Part shown: piece after piece, positions 19,135-29,114 of the stretch
How positions within the stretch are numbered: position 1 is the first letter of the stretch
How the letters are laid out: every line of letters starts with the position of its first letter
DNA from: Candidatus Magasanikiibacteriota bacterium
Lineage (GTDB): Bacteria; Patescibacteriota; Patescibacteriia; Magasanikbacterales; UBA922
Assembly: GCA_903837125.1 (NCBI GenBank)
Contig: CAILTG010000094.1
Coordinates: 1-52,442 of the forward strand
Reading direction: 5' to 3'
Length of the DNA stretch: 52,442 nucleotides
The notes under the pieces: model-generated
What the model was told of the DNA's origin: nothing
Databases searched by the model: none
Seen by the model: the letters and a program-made list of their open reading frames with translations, nothing else
Made by a program: the position numbers and the translations under genes

Positions 19135-21195
19135 TTATTTCTTAACTTCTTCTGTCTTTGGCTGTGTATAACCCAAAAATAATTTATTACCAAACTCTGG
19201 AAACCAAGGCACAATAAATCTGACCATTACCCGAGTAACAGTAATGGCAGTAAACATGGAAACCAAAATACCTACAGCCAAGGTCAGAGCAAAACCCTGT
19301 ACAAAACTAGAACCAAACCAAATCAACATTACACAGGTGATTAAAGTAGAAACATTACTGTCACGAATAGATGGCCAAGCTCGTAAAAATCCTTCTTCTG
19401 CTGCTGCTTTCAAGCTTTTACCCCAACGTAATTCTTCTTTTAAACGTTCAAAAATAAGCACATTGGCATCTATGGCAATACCAATAGACATAATAAAACC
19501 AGCAATACCAGATAAAGTTAGAGTAACACCAATAAATTTTGTAACTGCCAAGGATAGAGCTACATAAACTGTTAAAGCAATAACTGCCAAAAATCCTGGT
19601 AAACGATAAAAGAAAATCATGAAAAGCATAACAATTATTGTACCAATAATTGCTGCTCCCAAACTTTTAGCCAAAGATTCCGAACCTAAAGTAGCGCCAA
19701 CATTTTGTTGAGAAATTAATTCTACTGGCACAGGCAAGGCACCGGCATTAAGGCGCTGAGCCAAAAGTTTTGCTTCATTTAAATTAAAACCACCGGTAAT
19801 TACTGCTTGACCATTGCGAATTGGTTCATTGACTCTGGGCGCGCTAATTACTGTACCATCCAAAAATATGGCCACAGGTTTACCAGCATTACGGGTCGTA
19901 ATGTCAGAAAAAAGTTGAGTACCCTCGGTATTAAATTGCATAGAAACTTGCACAGCTCCAGTTTGCTGATCTGTTACCACCTCAGATCTCTGTAATTGTT
20001 TTCCGGAAAGACCTGTATCTTTCCAAGGACTTTGTGGTGGTAAAATATCAGTTTCAGTTTCAGTTTTAATTAAAATTCTCCATAATTCATAAGTCTGAGT
20101 TGGTTGTTCTGCTTTTTTATAAATTATATGATAGCCAAATTGTGTTTCTACCGGACCAATTATTTCTCCTACTTTGGCCTTACTTAGAGCATCGGAAAAT
20201 TCTTTTACCATCATTTGTGGCATAAAAGTTCCTAAATCTCCACCATTATTTTTGTTGCTTAAATCATCAGAATTGGCTTTGGCTAAATCTGCAAAATTAT
20301 TAGCATTGGCTTGATTGTAAAGATCTTGTGCTTTTTTAAAAGCCTGATCACGAGTTAGAGTGGCTTGATCACAACCTTTGGATCCTAAATAACAAATTAA
20401 AATATGGGAAGCAGTAATTTCATTCTCACCAGGTTTTTCTGCTCCACGCTTTAAAATATTGTAACCCTCGGTGGAACTTACTAAAGTTTTACTAATCTCA
20501 CCAACTTTACTGGAAGTAGCCCAGTTGTAAAATTCGGGGTAGGCGGAATATTTACCAACATAATTTAAATAACCATTATTATTTTTACTCTGAGTATCAT
20601 CTGAATATTCTTTTACCAAAGCCGAAAAATCCTGCCCAGCGCTGGCTTTTTGTAAAACTTCCTGAGCTTTTTTCTTAGCATTAACATTATATAAATCCAG
20701 TTGTTTTTTCTCTTCAAGAGTTAAGCTTCTGGGCGGAATATTATTTTGCTCTTTAAATTCCAAAATTGGAGTTTCACCAATCATTTTTATAGCAGTATTA
20801 ATATCAGTTACTCCTGGCAAATCCACAATAATACGATAATCACTACCCACTTTGGTAGTTTGGATAATTGGTTCCGAAACTCCTAAACCATTAATTCGGC
20901 GTTCAATAATATCGCGCACGCCTTCTACAGAAACTGTTTGATCCGACATCTTAATTTTACTCACATCAGCGCGATATACCAATTCCGCACCACCCTGCAA
21001 ATCCAAACCTAAATTAAAATTCTTTTCTGGAATTCTAGGTAAACCCAAACTAGTAGTGTTATTTACTTTATCAACAACTTTATTAAAATATTTTGGCACA
21101 TCAAAAGAAATGGCCAGAAGCAATAAAACAAAAATCCCCACTATTCCCCAGCGGAGTTTTGACCTAGTATTGTATTTGGTTCTTTTAACTTGCAT
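19135..21195 (-). CDS. secD: protein translocase subunit SecD with inserted parvulin-type PPIase domains
   Basis: LGLDLQGG, RINGLGVSEP, AIFLDG, GALPVP, DANVLIFERLKEE; insert with ASHILI, GGDLG, ETQFGYHII. Confidence 0.95.
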   Translation of the reverse strand: MQVKRTKYNTRSKLRWGIVGIFVLLLLAISFDVPKYFNKVVDKVNNTTSLGLPRIPEKNFNLGLDLQGGAELVYRADVSKIKMSDQTVSVEGVRDIIERRINGLGVSEPIIQTTKVGSDYRIIVDLPGVTDINTAIKMIGETPILEFKEQNNIPPRSLTLEEKKQLDLYNVNAKKKAQEVLQKASAGQDFSALVKEYSDDTQSKNNNGYLNYVGKYSAYPEFYNWATSSKVGEISKTLVSSTEGYNILKRGAEKPGENEITASHILICYLGSKGCDQATLTRDQAFKKAQDLYNQANANNFADLAKANSDDLSNKNNGGDLGTFMPQMMVKEFSDALSKAKVGEIIGPVETQFGYHIIYKKAEQPTQTYELWRILIKTETETDILPPQSPWKDTGLSGKQLQRSEVVTDQQTGAVQVSMQFNTEGTQLFSDITTRNAGKPVAIFLDGTVISAPRVNEPIRNGQAVITGGFNLNEAKLLAQRLNAGALPVPVELISQQNVGATLGSESLAKSLGAAIIGTIIVMLFMIFFYRLPGFLAVIALTVYVALSLAVTKFIGVTLTLSGIAGFIMSIGIAIDANVLIFERLKEELRWGKSLKAAAEEGFLRAWPSIRDSNVSTLITCVMLIWFGSSFVQGFALTLAVGILVSMFTAITVTRVMVRFIVPWFPEFGNKLFLGYTQPKTEEVKK

Positions 21196-21307
21196 AGATA
21201 AGTTGCGAGGTCTATTTTACAATAACCCTTAAAAAAGGTCAAGGGGATAAAACAAAAGCCCTGCGATTTATTACAGGGCCTGAAAACTGCCAAAATTTTT
21301 GGCTTTT

Positions 21308-24300
21308 TTATCTAGGTGATTCGGATTTAGACTCAACCGGTATAACTTTTATACCAATATCCTTATCAAAACCAATAACAGCTGGCACTGGTTTCCCGTC
21401 TCCAATTTTCATTAATAACTGACCACGGTCATCTTTGGAGTAAGTATTATGCTCATCTGCCACAAAATATTCTTTGCCCTGAATTTCAACTTTTATGCCA
21501 TGACTGCCATTAACCACAATACCAACACCTACTACGGGTTGCACAACCAATTGTCCCTCCGGAGACAAAGTTTTATAAAATTGATCTAACAAAGCACTGG
21601 AAGTTTTAGGAACTACCGGTGGTTTAAAATTTATCAATTTCTGCCTTATATCTTCCACAAGACCAGCTGCTTTATCCCCACTAACTTTCACACCATTCAA
21701 ACGACCATTTAACTCATTTTGTGCCGCAACCGAAACAGGATTAACTTCTGGAGTTGGAACAACTTCTCCCGCTTTCGTTGCTTCTGATATTTTAACAGCT
21801 TTGGCACTTATACTCTTTGTTTCTTTTACTTTTGGTTCGGTACTATCACCTTTTTTAGCAACAACAGCATCTGTCGCCCCCTCAGTACTTTTTGATTCAG
21901 TTCCAGTCCCAACAGTTGCTATTTTGGCAGGAGTTGGTATTTCTGTACGCCCAGTTCCACCGCCACTTTTTGTGGGGGGCACAACAGTCTCTGTTCCCGG
22001 AACCCTTATTCCTATACCACCGCCACCAATATGTCTTTCTCCACCACCAACTCCACCACCGCTTCCGCCACCACCACCTCCATGTCCCATACCTGTTGGG
22101 GCGTGTGCTAAAGCCTCAAGAGCAGCGGCAGCAGCCTTACCTGCACCTTTAAAAGTCATTTTATGAGGAAAAGCTGGTGGTAATTTAGAAAAATCAGTAG
22201 AAAAAGCTTTGTTTACATCTCCGCCAGGAGGCGAAGTGTAGTAGCCAATTAAGGCATGGGTACTATTATCATAAACAGCCACCACTGCTCCGGTGGTGCC
22301 ATCTGGCATTTCAAATCCAATTTTGGCTGTCAATATATCTGAACCACCTGGTTGACCAATACCACGACCCAAAATTGGTTTAGAAACAGACAATATTTTT
22401 CCCTCAGGATTAACTTTTGCTTCTGTTGCTGCTTCATGAACTGGCACGTGAACTCGGTGCGCTGATCCGTGTTCAATTATTGGTTGACCTTTTTCATCTA
22501 AACCAAGATAATGAGCATTTTCACCTTTAGCATAAAGATCATGCCCACCACCTACTAAACCTTTATTAAACAAATCTGTATCAACTTGCGCTTTAAGACT
22601 TTCATACAATCCATGAACCATAGCTGAAACTTCTTTGGTTGGCTTCCCCCCTCTAGTGGCATGAATTACTGTTTTCAAATAATTTTCAGCAAAACTTTTA
22701 AAATCTCTAGGCTTGCTTAAATGCAAACTCTGTTCAGCCAAACCATGAATTTTTAATTCATTTTGTAAAAAATGAGCCGCTCCAGCAGTATCGCCTTCCC
22801 TGAGCAAGGCTTCAAAAGTTACCATTTCCCGTTGCGCTCCAGCGTGAGTAATAGTACTTACTTGACCTTTCAAAATATCTGCATGAATATCTGAACCACC
22901 ACCTCTAACTTCTGAAGCATGATAAATCTCCTCAAGATCTGAAATCTCAAGTTTAGGATAGGTTTTTAATAAAGTAGCAAAATAATCAGAACCTTTATTA
23001 CTTAAACCAGCTGGAATATCATTTGCCCTATCATCAACTGCTACTTCCGGAACAGCGGCTTCAGCTTCTACACCAGCGCTACCACCTCCAGACGGTTGAT
23101 GAATAACATTTGAAGCTTCTGATTCACTTATAGTTGAAACTGGCACAGTTGACTCTACATCAACACCACCATTATCAACATTAGGCGCTTCCACATTATG
23201 ACCAGTCGCAGAATCGTCTGCTTCTACGGAAACAACATTACCAGCAGTTGGTTCAACAGCTTGATCTGAAACCGCTTCTACTGCATTATTACCACCAGCA
23301 ACAGGAGTACTTGCTTCAACAGTATGAGCTTCAACATTTGGAGTATTACCTCTAGTTGACACAACAGCCTGAACTGTTGACTGTTCAACTGCGATTGTAC
23401 CATCAGCAGTAAACCGTACAACGTGACCTGTGGCTGCCCCAGCCGCTTTGAAACCAGTTTCTGCTGTTTGTGGAGCGCCGCCACCATGAAATTTATCCCA
23501 AATTTTACCTATTGATGCAGTTGGATGAGAATAAAACCCAATCATCCGTTCACAATTATCTACAAAATTCTTTCCCAAAGAAGCCAGAATTTGATCCCAA
23601 TTTTTATCAGTAAAATTATCAGTTATTTTACCAACCATCTCATGCATTCCTTCATATCCGCCGGCCGCCACACCAAAAATACCAACTGATCGCATAATTG
23701 CTCCCACATTTTGCATTACCGACATACCTACCTCTAGTTTACTTTTTTTCCAGCGATCTTTTAATTTTACTTCTTTATCCTTTGACCAAAGACCAAAACT
23801 AGCTGTTTCCATGAAAGCATTATATGTTATATCCTTAAGATAATGCATGTTCGCTTCTTTTTGTGTAGCACCCTCCAGTTTTTTTTGTTTCTTTTCTGCG
23901 TTAGCTTTACGTGCCCGTTCTGCAATTGCTCCCAAACCATAAATTGCACCTCTTAAAGCGATTGCTCCAGTACCAACCAAAGCCAAACTGGCAGCATCTT
24001 TGAAAATACTCATGCCTGAAACTTTTTTCACTAAATAAGCTTCTACTGCTTCATTTATTTTGGCATCACGTTCTGTTCTACCCACAGTTGTTTCTTTTCT
24101 ATATTGATCAATAATTTCATCAATTCGCTTTAACAATTTTTCTTTCATTTCCGGCACCAAATACTCAGCTGAATTTATTTTATCTTTTAGCAGATCAATT
24201 CTAGTATCAGCATAAATTTCCGTATGCTTTACATCCGGACCGGCATTCCAAGCAACTTTTTGAGCTTCAATAAATTCTTTTAGAGCTGCTTTTATTTGTT

Positions 24301-26542
24301 CTATTTCTTTTCCACCCTGAACATTGGCATAAATATCACCTTTACCAACTGTATATAACAACGCGTCACCAACAATTTTAACGCCAAACATCTGGCCAAC
24401 CGTTTTATTGGCGAAGTCTACAGTACCCAAAGGACCCAAAGAAACCGCTGCTTCCCCTGCTCTTTTAAGTAAACCCTTCTTTTCCTCAGACTTAGGTGAT
24501 GGAGTGCCAGTATTCAATTCTTTGACATTCTTTTTAAATTCATCAACAAAAAAACCTTCAAAACATGCATCTAATCCGGCAAATTGCGGTTTTCCACCCG
24601 TTAAACTGTGCAGATGAATTCGTATTCTTTCCAAATCCTCCTGACCATTTGTTCTTGTCGTATAAGTGGCCAAAGCTTTTTCACCAAACACTTTCCAAAA
24701 ATTTATAAATTGTTTTCTACTTGATTCATATTTCTTTCCAACTCCAAATAATTTACCAAGCTTCCCCGGTTGTTTCTGTTCATTAAAATATGAATAAGCC
24801 TTTACCATTATATCTAACGACCCAAACAAACTTTCATCAAAAAATTGCCTTTTTTCGGCTTCATCACTTGGTTTATAAGCCCGAGCGAAAACATTGGAAA
24901 AAGACAATTCTTCCCTAGAAAAACGCGCGTCTGTGTCTTTATTTTCTGATGTATTTTTTGATTCATCTGTGCTTTCTGATTCATCTGCTTCTTCCGTTTT
25001 ACCAGACATTATTTTTAAGGCCTCACCACAAGAGTCAATTACATTACCGCCTCTGATAGGAATAGTGATGCGCCATCCACTTTCATCACTCATATCTACT
25101 CTCACTTCCCCTTCCAAAACAAAAACCAACTTCTTGGTTATTAATGGATCAATAGTAGGATATTTAATCAATTCTTGAAAATCCGCAGAGCAAGTCTCAA
25201 TTACATCCAAGTCTGCCGTAGTACAATCACCTTCAAACATAAGAGAAAAAAGATAATCAGGATTTTCTCTAACCAATTTATTAAATCTTGCCTTTTTAGT
25301 CACCAAATCAATGGCTTCTATACAAGAACTTTCAAGCCCGCCACCATTCATAGGCAAATTTATCTCTGTACCGCCTGGTTTTTCATGTATAAAAACTGAC
25401 GCTCCTGCCGGTACAAAAACCAAAGTATTTTTTACGCCTGGTTGAATCTCGGTGTCTATTAATAATTTCAACTTTTCAGAATTGCTTTCCACTGCATCCA
25501 AATCTTCTTTAAGATAACTGTCCAATTTAGCAGGTAGAAAAGTATACTTAGGATTTTCTCTAACTAATTTATTAATTATGGCTAATTTGGGAATCCTTTC
25601 TGCTTCTTTATTGTCCAATTTTTTTTCTACCACGTCCTTTTTATCTAGAGGTTTACCATCTTTATTATAAAAACTCCAAAGTTTTACCTGCCAGTCATCA
25701 TCCTCCAAATTAATTCTAACATCATTTTGTTTTGGGACAAATGTTGAACCCTGCAAAAAAAATTCTCCACCAAGACTATAAGTAGCGACAATTTCTGCCA
25801 ATTTCAAAATCCTAGCCTGTATTTTAGCCACTTCATTATCGGTTTTTGCTTTAAAAGCATAATCATGACACATTTTTATTTTTCCAGAATCAGGTAAAAA
25901 TCCTTCCACTCTTTTTCTAATGCAATATTTTTCTGCTAAATCTTCAAACTTTCTTTCCCATCCAGTTTCCTCAATATTTAACTGAATTTTTCCTTGATCA
26001 ATTTTACTTTCTATTTGCTCACCCGCGATACCCACCTTCACTGGAAAACTAAATTTTTTTATTAAACGCTTAAGCTGATCAACCCGTAATTTTAATTCAC
26101 CAAGTGATAAAGAAAAACCAACATCTTTGGCATATTCAAAAACAGACAAACTAATATCTTCTCCAACACAATTTTTTAATTGATCCTGCAATTCTTTCTT
26201 TTCCTCTTCTGTTGTTGCTGCTTTTGTCTCATTTTTTTCTCCTCCAGTTGTTTCTTTTCCAAGCTGTTCGGCTAACTCATGCAATTCATTCATTAATTCA
26301 GCCATTTCTTCCAATTCTTTATACACACGTCCAGCTTCACCAGGACTAACTTCACCAAATTGGTCTACAAGTTTTTGTACCATATCTTCCAAACTTTTAA
26401 TTTTATTCTCATGACTTGCAAGTTTACCCCTAACTTTTTCCAAAACAGGACTAAGTTGGTTATACCACTCTCTTAATTTAAAATTTTTCTCAACGTCTGG
26501 GTTATGGCTACGGTCAACAATGTATTTCTTGAATTCTGACAT
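21308..26542 (-). CDS. 1,744-aa orphan protein (coiled coil, internal repeats, hydrophobic helices, Gly/Ala-rich tail)
   Basis: uninterrupted 5.2-kb ORF; no recognisable catalytic motif. Confidence 0.85.
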   Translation of the reverse strand: MSEFKKYIVDRSHNPDVEKNFKLREWYNQLSPVLEKVRGKLASHENKIKSLEDMVQKLVDQFGEVSPGEAGRVYKELEEMAELMNELHELAEQLGKETTGGEKNETKAATTEEEKKELQDQLKNCVGEDISLSVFEYAKDVGFSLSLGELKLRVDQLKRLIKKFSFPVKVGIAGEQIESKIDQGKIQLNIEETGWERKFEDLAEKYCIRKRVEGFLPDSGKIKMCHDYAFKAKTDNEVAKIQARILKLAEIVATYSLGGEFFLQGSTFVPKQNDVRINLEDDDWQVKLWSFYNKDGKPLDKKDVVEKKLDNKEAERIPKLAIINKLVRENPKYTFLPAKLDSYLKEDLDAVESNSEKLKLLIDTEIQPGVKNTLVFVPAGASVFIHEKPGGTEINLPMNGGGLESSCIEAIDLVTKKARFNKLVRENPDYLFSLMFEGDCTTADLDVIETCSADFQELIKYPTIDPLITKKLVFVLEGEVRVDMSDESGWRITIPIRGGNVIDSCGEALKIMSGKTEEADESESTDESKNTSENKDTDARFSREELSFSNVFARAYKPSDEAEKRQFFDESLFGSLDIMVKAYSYFNEQKQPGKLGKLFGVGKKYESSRKQFINFWKVFGEKALATYTTRTNGQEDLERIRIHLHSLTGGKPQFAGLDACFEGFFVDEFKKNVKELNTGTPSPKSEEKKGLLKRAGEAAVSLGPLGTVDFANKTVGQMFGVKIVGDALLYTVGKGDIYANVQGGKEIEQIKAALKEFIEAQKVAWNAGPDVKHTEIYADTRIDLLKDKINSAEYLVPEMKEKLLKRIDEIIDQYRKETTVGRTERDAKINEAVEAYLVKKVSGMSIFKDAASLALVGTGAIALRGAIYGLGAIAERARKANAEKKQKKLEGATQKEANMHYLKDITYNAFMETASFGLWSKDKEVKLKDRWKKSKLEVGMSVMQNVGAIMRSVGIFGVAAGGYEGMHEMVGKITDNFTDKNWDQILASLGKNFVDNCERMIGFYSHPTASIGKIWDKFHGGGAPQTAETGFKAAGAATGHVVRFTADGTIAVEQSTVQAVVSTRGNTPNVEAHTVEASTPVAGGNNAVEAVSDQAVEPTAGNVVSVEADDSATGHNVEAPNVDNGGVDVESTVPVSTISESEASNVIHQPSGGGSAGVEAEAAVPEVAVDDRANDIPAGLSNKGSDYFATLLKTYPKLEISDLEEIYHASEVRGGGSDIHADILKGQVSTITHAGAQREMVTFEALLREGDTAGAAHFLQNELKIHGLAEQSLHLSKPRDFKSFAENYLKTVIHATRGGKPTKEVSAMVHGLYESLKAQVDTDLFNKGLVGGGHDLYAKGENAHYLGLDEKGQPIIEHGSAHRVHVPVHEAATEAKVNPEGKILSVSKPILGRGIGQPGGSDILTAKIGFEMPDGTTGAVVAVYDNSTHALIGYYTSPPGGDVNKAFSTDFSKLPPAFPHKMTFKGAGKAAAAALEALAHAPTGMGHGGGGGGSGGGVGGGERHIGGGGIGIRVPGTETVVPPTKSGGGTGRTEIPTPAKIATVGTGTESKSTEGATDAVVAKKGDSTEPKVKETKSISAKAVKISEATKAGEVVPTPEVNPVSVAAQNELNGRLNGVKVSGDKAAGLVEDIRQKLINFKPPVVPKTSSALLDQFYKTLSPEGQLVVQPVVGVGIVVNGSHGIKVEIQGKEYFVADEHNTYSKDDRGQLLMKIGDGKPVPAVIGFDKDIGIKVIPVESKSESPR

Positions 26543-26543
26543 A

Positions 26544-26738
26544 TTATTTTTTGGTTATTTTTCGTAAAACAGCTTTAATTTTTTGCTTATCTTCCAAACC
26601 AGTCAACTGGACTTGCAGTTTATTTTCAATTTTTTCCAATTTTTCCAAACGCTTGTCAATTTTATTCAGTAAAACCAAAATACGTTGCTTTTTAGCCTCT
26701 TCTGCCACAGCTTGATTATTGGTTTTAGATTTATTCAT
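26544..26738 (-). CDS. small basic coiled-coil protein
   Basis: 64 aa, stop 1 nt before the giant gene start. Confidence 0.65.
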   Translation of the reverse strand: MNKSKTNNQAVAEEAKKQRILVLLNKIDKRLEKLEKIENKLQVQLTGLEDKQKIKAVLRKITKK

Positions 26739-26749
26739 AATGATTTTTG

Positions 26750-27073
26750 TTATTTTAATTGTGCGGCAATCTCATCTAAAGCTTTGTCCATTTTAGCTTG
26801 GGCTGTTTTAATTTGAGTATTATAGTCAGCTTTAATTTGCATTAGTTCAGCAATAAAATCCCGATCCAAATCACTGGTTTTTTCTCTTAAATAAGCATCT
26901 TCAAAAACATTATGCAAATGCTGTAATTGTTCATAACTTAAACTGGGCAAAACCGCCACAAAACCTTGCTTTTCATCATCAGTTAAATTGAGGGACATGA
27001 TAAACAGCCCCAACTTACGACCCAAAAGTATGGCCTCTTCTTCGGTGGCTTGATTATTGTTAGTCTTAGCCAT
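26750..27073 (-). CDS. small helical hypothetical protein
   Basis: 107 aa, first gene of an apparent three-gene operon. Confidence 0.7.
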   Translation of the reverse strand: MAKTNNNQATEEEAILLGRKLGLFIMSLNLTDDEKQGFVAVLPSLSYEQLQHLHNVFEDAYLREKTSDLDRDFIAELMQIKADYNTQIKTAQAKMDKALDEIAAQLK

Positions 27074-27166
27074 AAAAATTTAAATTTATTAATTTAAATA
27101 TCTGATAATTTATTGGCTATATTATAATACAGCTAGCCAAAAAATACAATTTAATTATTGTAGAAC

Positions 27167-27197
27167 AAAAAAACCGCCCTGATTACCAAACGGTTTC
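27167..27197 (-). terminator. intrinsic terminator after the displaced secA tail
   Basis: AAACCG...CGGTTT stem with T7 tract on the minus strand. Confidence 0.6.
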
Positions 27198-27218
27198 TTT
27201 ATTTTTATTGATTATTAT

Positions 27219-27252
27219 TCAGGCCCCATGACATTTCTTAAAGTATTAGTTT
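27219..27252 (-). repeat. distal attachment site (attR-like) carrying a secA 3' tail, KKCHGA-TGA
   Basis: minus strand AAACTAATACTT-TAAGAAATGTCATGG-GGCCTGA; 14/15 to the secA core, 25/27 to the 31458-31484 site. Confidence 0.85.
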
Positions 27253-29113
27253 ATTCAGCCGAACCAGCAACAAATTGACTATTGTACAATGACGCATAAA
27301 AACCGTTTTTAACCAGCAAATCTCTATGATTTCCTTGTTCAACGATATTGCCGTCATTCATTACTAAAATTAAATCAGCGTTGCGAATAGTTGAAAGACG
27401 ATGAGCAATGACAAAACTGGTTTTGCCTTTCATCAGATTATCCATGGCTTTCTGGATCAAAAGTTCAGTCCGTGTATCAACCGAACTTGTTGCCTCGTCC
27501 AAAATCAACATTGAGGTTTTGATCAGCATCGCTCTCGCTATAGTCAATAATTGTTTCTCGCCTTGGGAAATATTATCTGCCTCTTCGTTTAATTTTAAAT
27601 CATAACCCTGAGGTAAGGAATGTATGAAATGATCGGCATGAGCAGCTCTGGCAGCAACGAACACCTCTTCATCAGTGGCATCTGGTTTGCCATAAGCAAT
27701 ATTTTCACGGATTGTACCATTAAACAGCCAAGTATCCTGCAAAACCATACCAAACGATTTTCGAACATCTGAACGTTTCAGGTCGCGAATGTCAACGCCA
27801 TCAATTTTAATCGCACCCTGGTTCACATCATAAAATCTCATTAATAAATTCACTATTGTCGTTTTACCCGCACCGGTCGGGCCGACAATGGCAATTCTTT
27901 GACCCGGTTTAATGCTAGCATTAAAATTTTTAATAATAACCTTGCTTTTGTCATAACCAAAAACCACATTAGCAAAATCTACTCTGCCTTTTATAACTTC
28001 CGACACTGCAGTTTTATCATTTTCAACACTTTCTTCTTTCTCACCTAAAAATTCAAAGACTCGCTCAGCTGCAGCGGCTGTTGATTGCATCACATTGGCA
28101 ATATTAGCTGATTGGATGATAGGTTGATTAAATTGATTAACATACTGAATAAAGGCCTGAATATCACCAATTCGTATTTTACCATTAATCGCCAGCCAGC
28201 CACCAAACACTGATACTCCCACAAAACCCAAATTACCAACAAAAGTCATAATTGGCATCATCAACCCAGACAAAAACTGCGATTTCCAAGCACTGCCAAA
28301 AAGTTTGGTATTTATTTTTTGAAATTTTTGTACTGACCTCGCTTCACCATTAAACACTCTCATCACATTATGACCAGCATACATTTCTTCAATATGACCA
28401 TTAAGTTCGCCAAGAGAGTCTTGTTGTTCTTTAAAATAGTGTTGTGATTTCTTAACAATCAGAGTAATTAAAACAAAACTAAGCGGAACCAGAATTAATG
28501 AAACTATCGTCATCTGCCAAGAGATAGAAAACATCATGGCTAAAATTCCAATAATCATGGTAACCGAGGTGACAATTTGCGTTAAACTTTGATTTAGAGT
28601 TTGGCTCACAGTATCAACATCATTGGTCACCCGCGATAAAACCTCGCCAAAAGTTCTCTTATCAAAATACGCTAAAGGCAAACGATTAATTTTTTCAGAA
28701 ATATCGCGACGAAATTGATAGGTAATTTTTTGTGTAACACCAGTCATAATCCAGCCCTGAATATAACTAAAAATGGCACTTAAAATGTAAAGAGCCAAGA
28801 GTTCAATAGCAAAATATTCTAACTTACCAAAATCTACATGTGTTTTTATTATTACTAGATCGCTCACAATCTGGTTGGTCATATTGCCAAGAATCTTCGG
28901 ACTGACTATGGCAAAAATCGTACTGGCAATGGCAAAAATAAAAACAAAAATTATTGATACCCAAAATGGTTTAGTATATGAAACTAGTTTTTTCATGGTA
29001 GCGGAAAAATTCTTTGGCTTTTCTACCAGTCCCATTCCCACTCTACCCGGCCCCATTGGCAACGGTGATTTGGGTGGGGTTTTGCTCGATTGTAATTTAG
29101 GATTTTCACTCAT
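27251..29113 (-). CDS. ABC exporter fused permease/ATPase (TM288-like, consensus half)
   Basis: TMD + GPTGAGKT, ISQGEKQ, LILDEATSSVD, IAHRL; start at MSENP. Confidence 0.93.
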   Translation of the reverse strand: MSENPKLQSSKTPPKSPLPMGPGRVGMGLVEKPKNFSATMKKLVSYTKPFWVSIIFVFIFAIASTIFAIVSPKILGNMTNQIVSDLVIIKTHVDFGKLEYFAIELLALYILSAIFSYIQGWIMTGVTQKITYQFRRDISEKINRLPLAYFDKRTFGEVLSRVTNDVDTVSQTLNQSLTQIVTSVTMIIGILAMMFSISWQMTIVSLILVPLSFVLITLIVKKSQHYFKEQQDSLGELNGHIEEMYAGHNVMRVFNGEARSVQKFQKINTKLFGSAWKSQFLSGLMMPIMTFVGNLGFVGVSVFGGWLAINGKIRIGDIQAFIQYVNQFNQPIIQSANIANVMQSTAAAAERVFEFLGEKEESVENDKTAVSEVIKGRVDFANVVFGYDKSKVIIKNFNASIKPGQRIAIVGPTGAGKTTIVNLLMRFYDVNQGAIKIDGVDIRDLKRSDVRKSFGMVLQDTWLFNGTIRENIAYGKPDATDEEVFVAARAAHADHFIHSLPQGYDLKLNEEADNISQGEKQLLTIARAMLIKTSMLILDEATSSVDTRTELLIQKAMDNLMKGKTSFVIAHRLSTIRNADLILVMNDGNIVEQGNHRDLLVKNGFYASLYNSQFVAGSAE

Positions 29114-29114
29114 A

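Noticed and set aside
21801-22166. Pro-rich plus-strand ORF
   Set aside because: Antisense shadow of the poly-Gly tract of the giant protein
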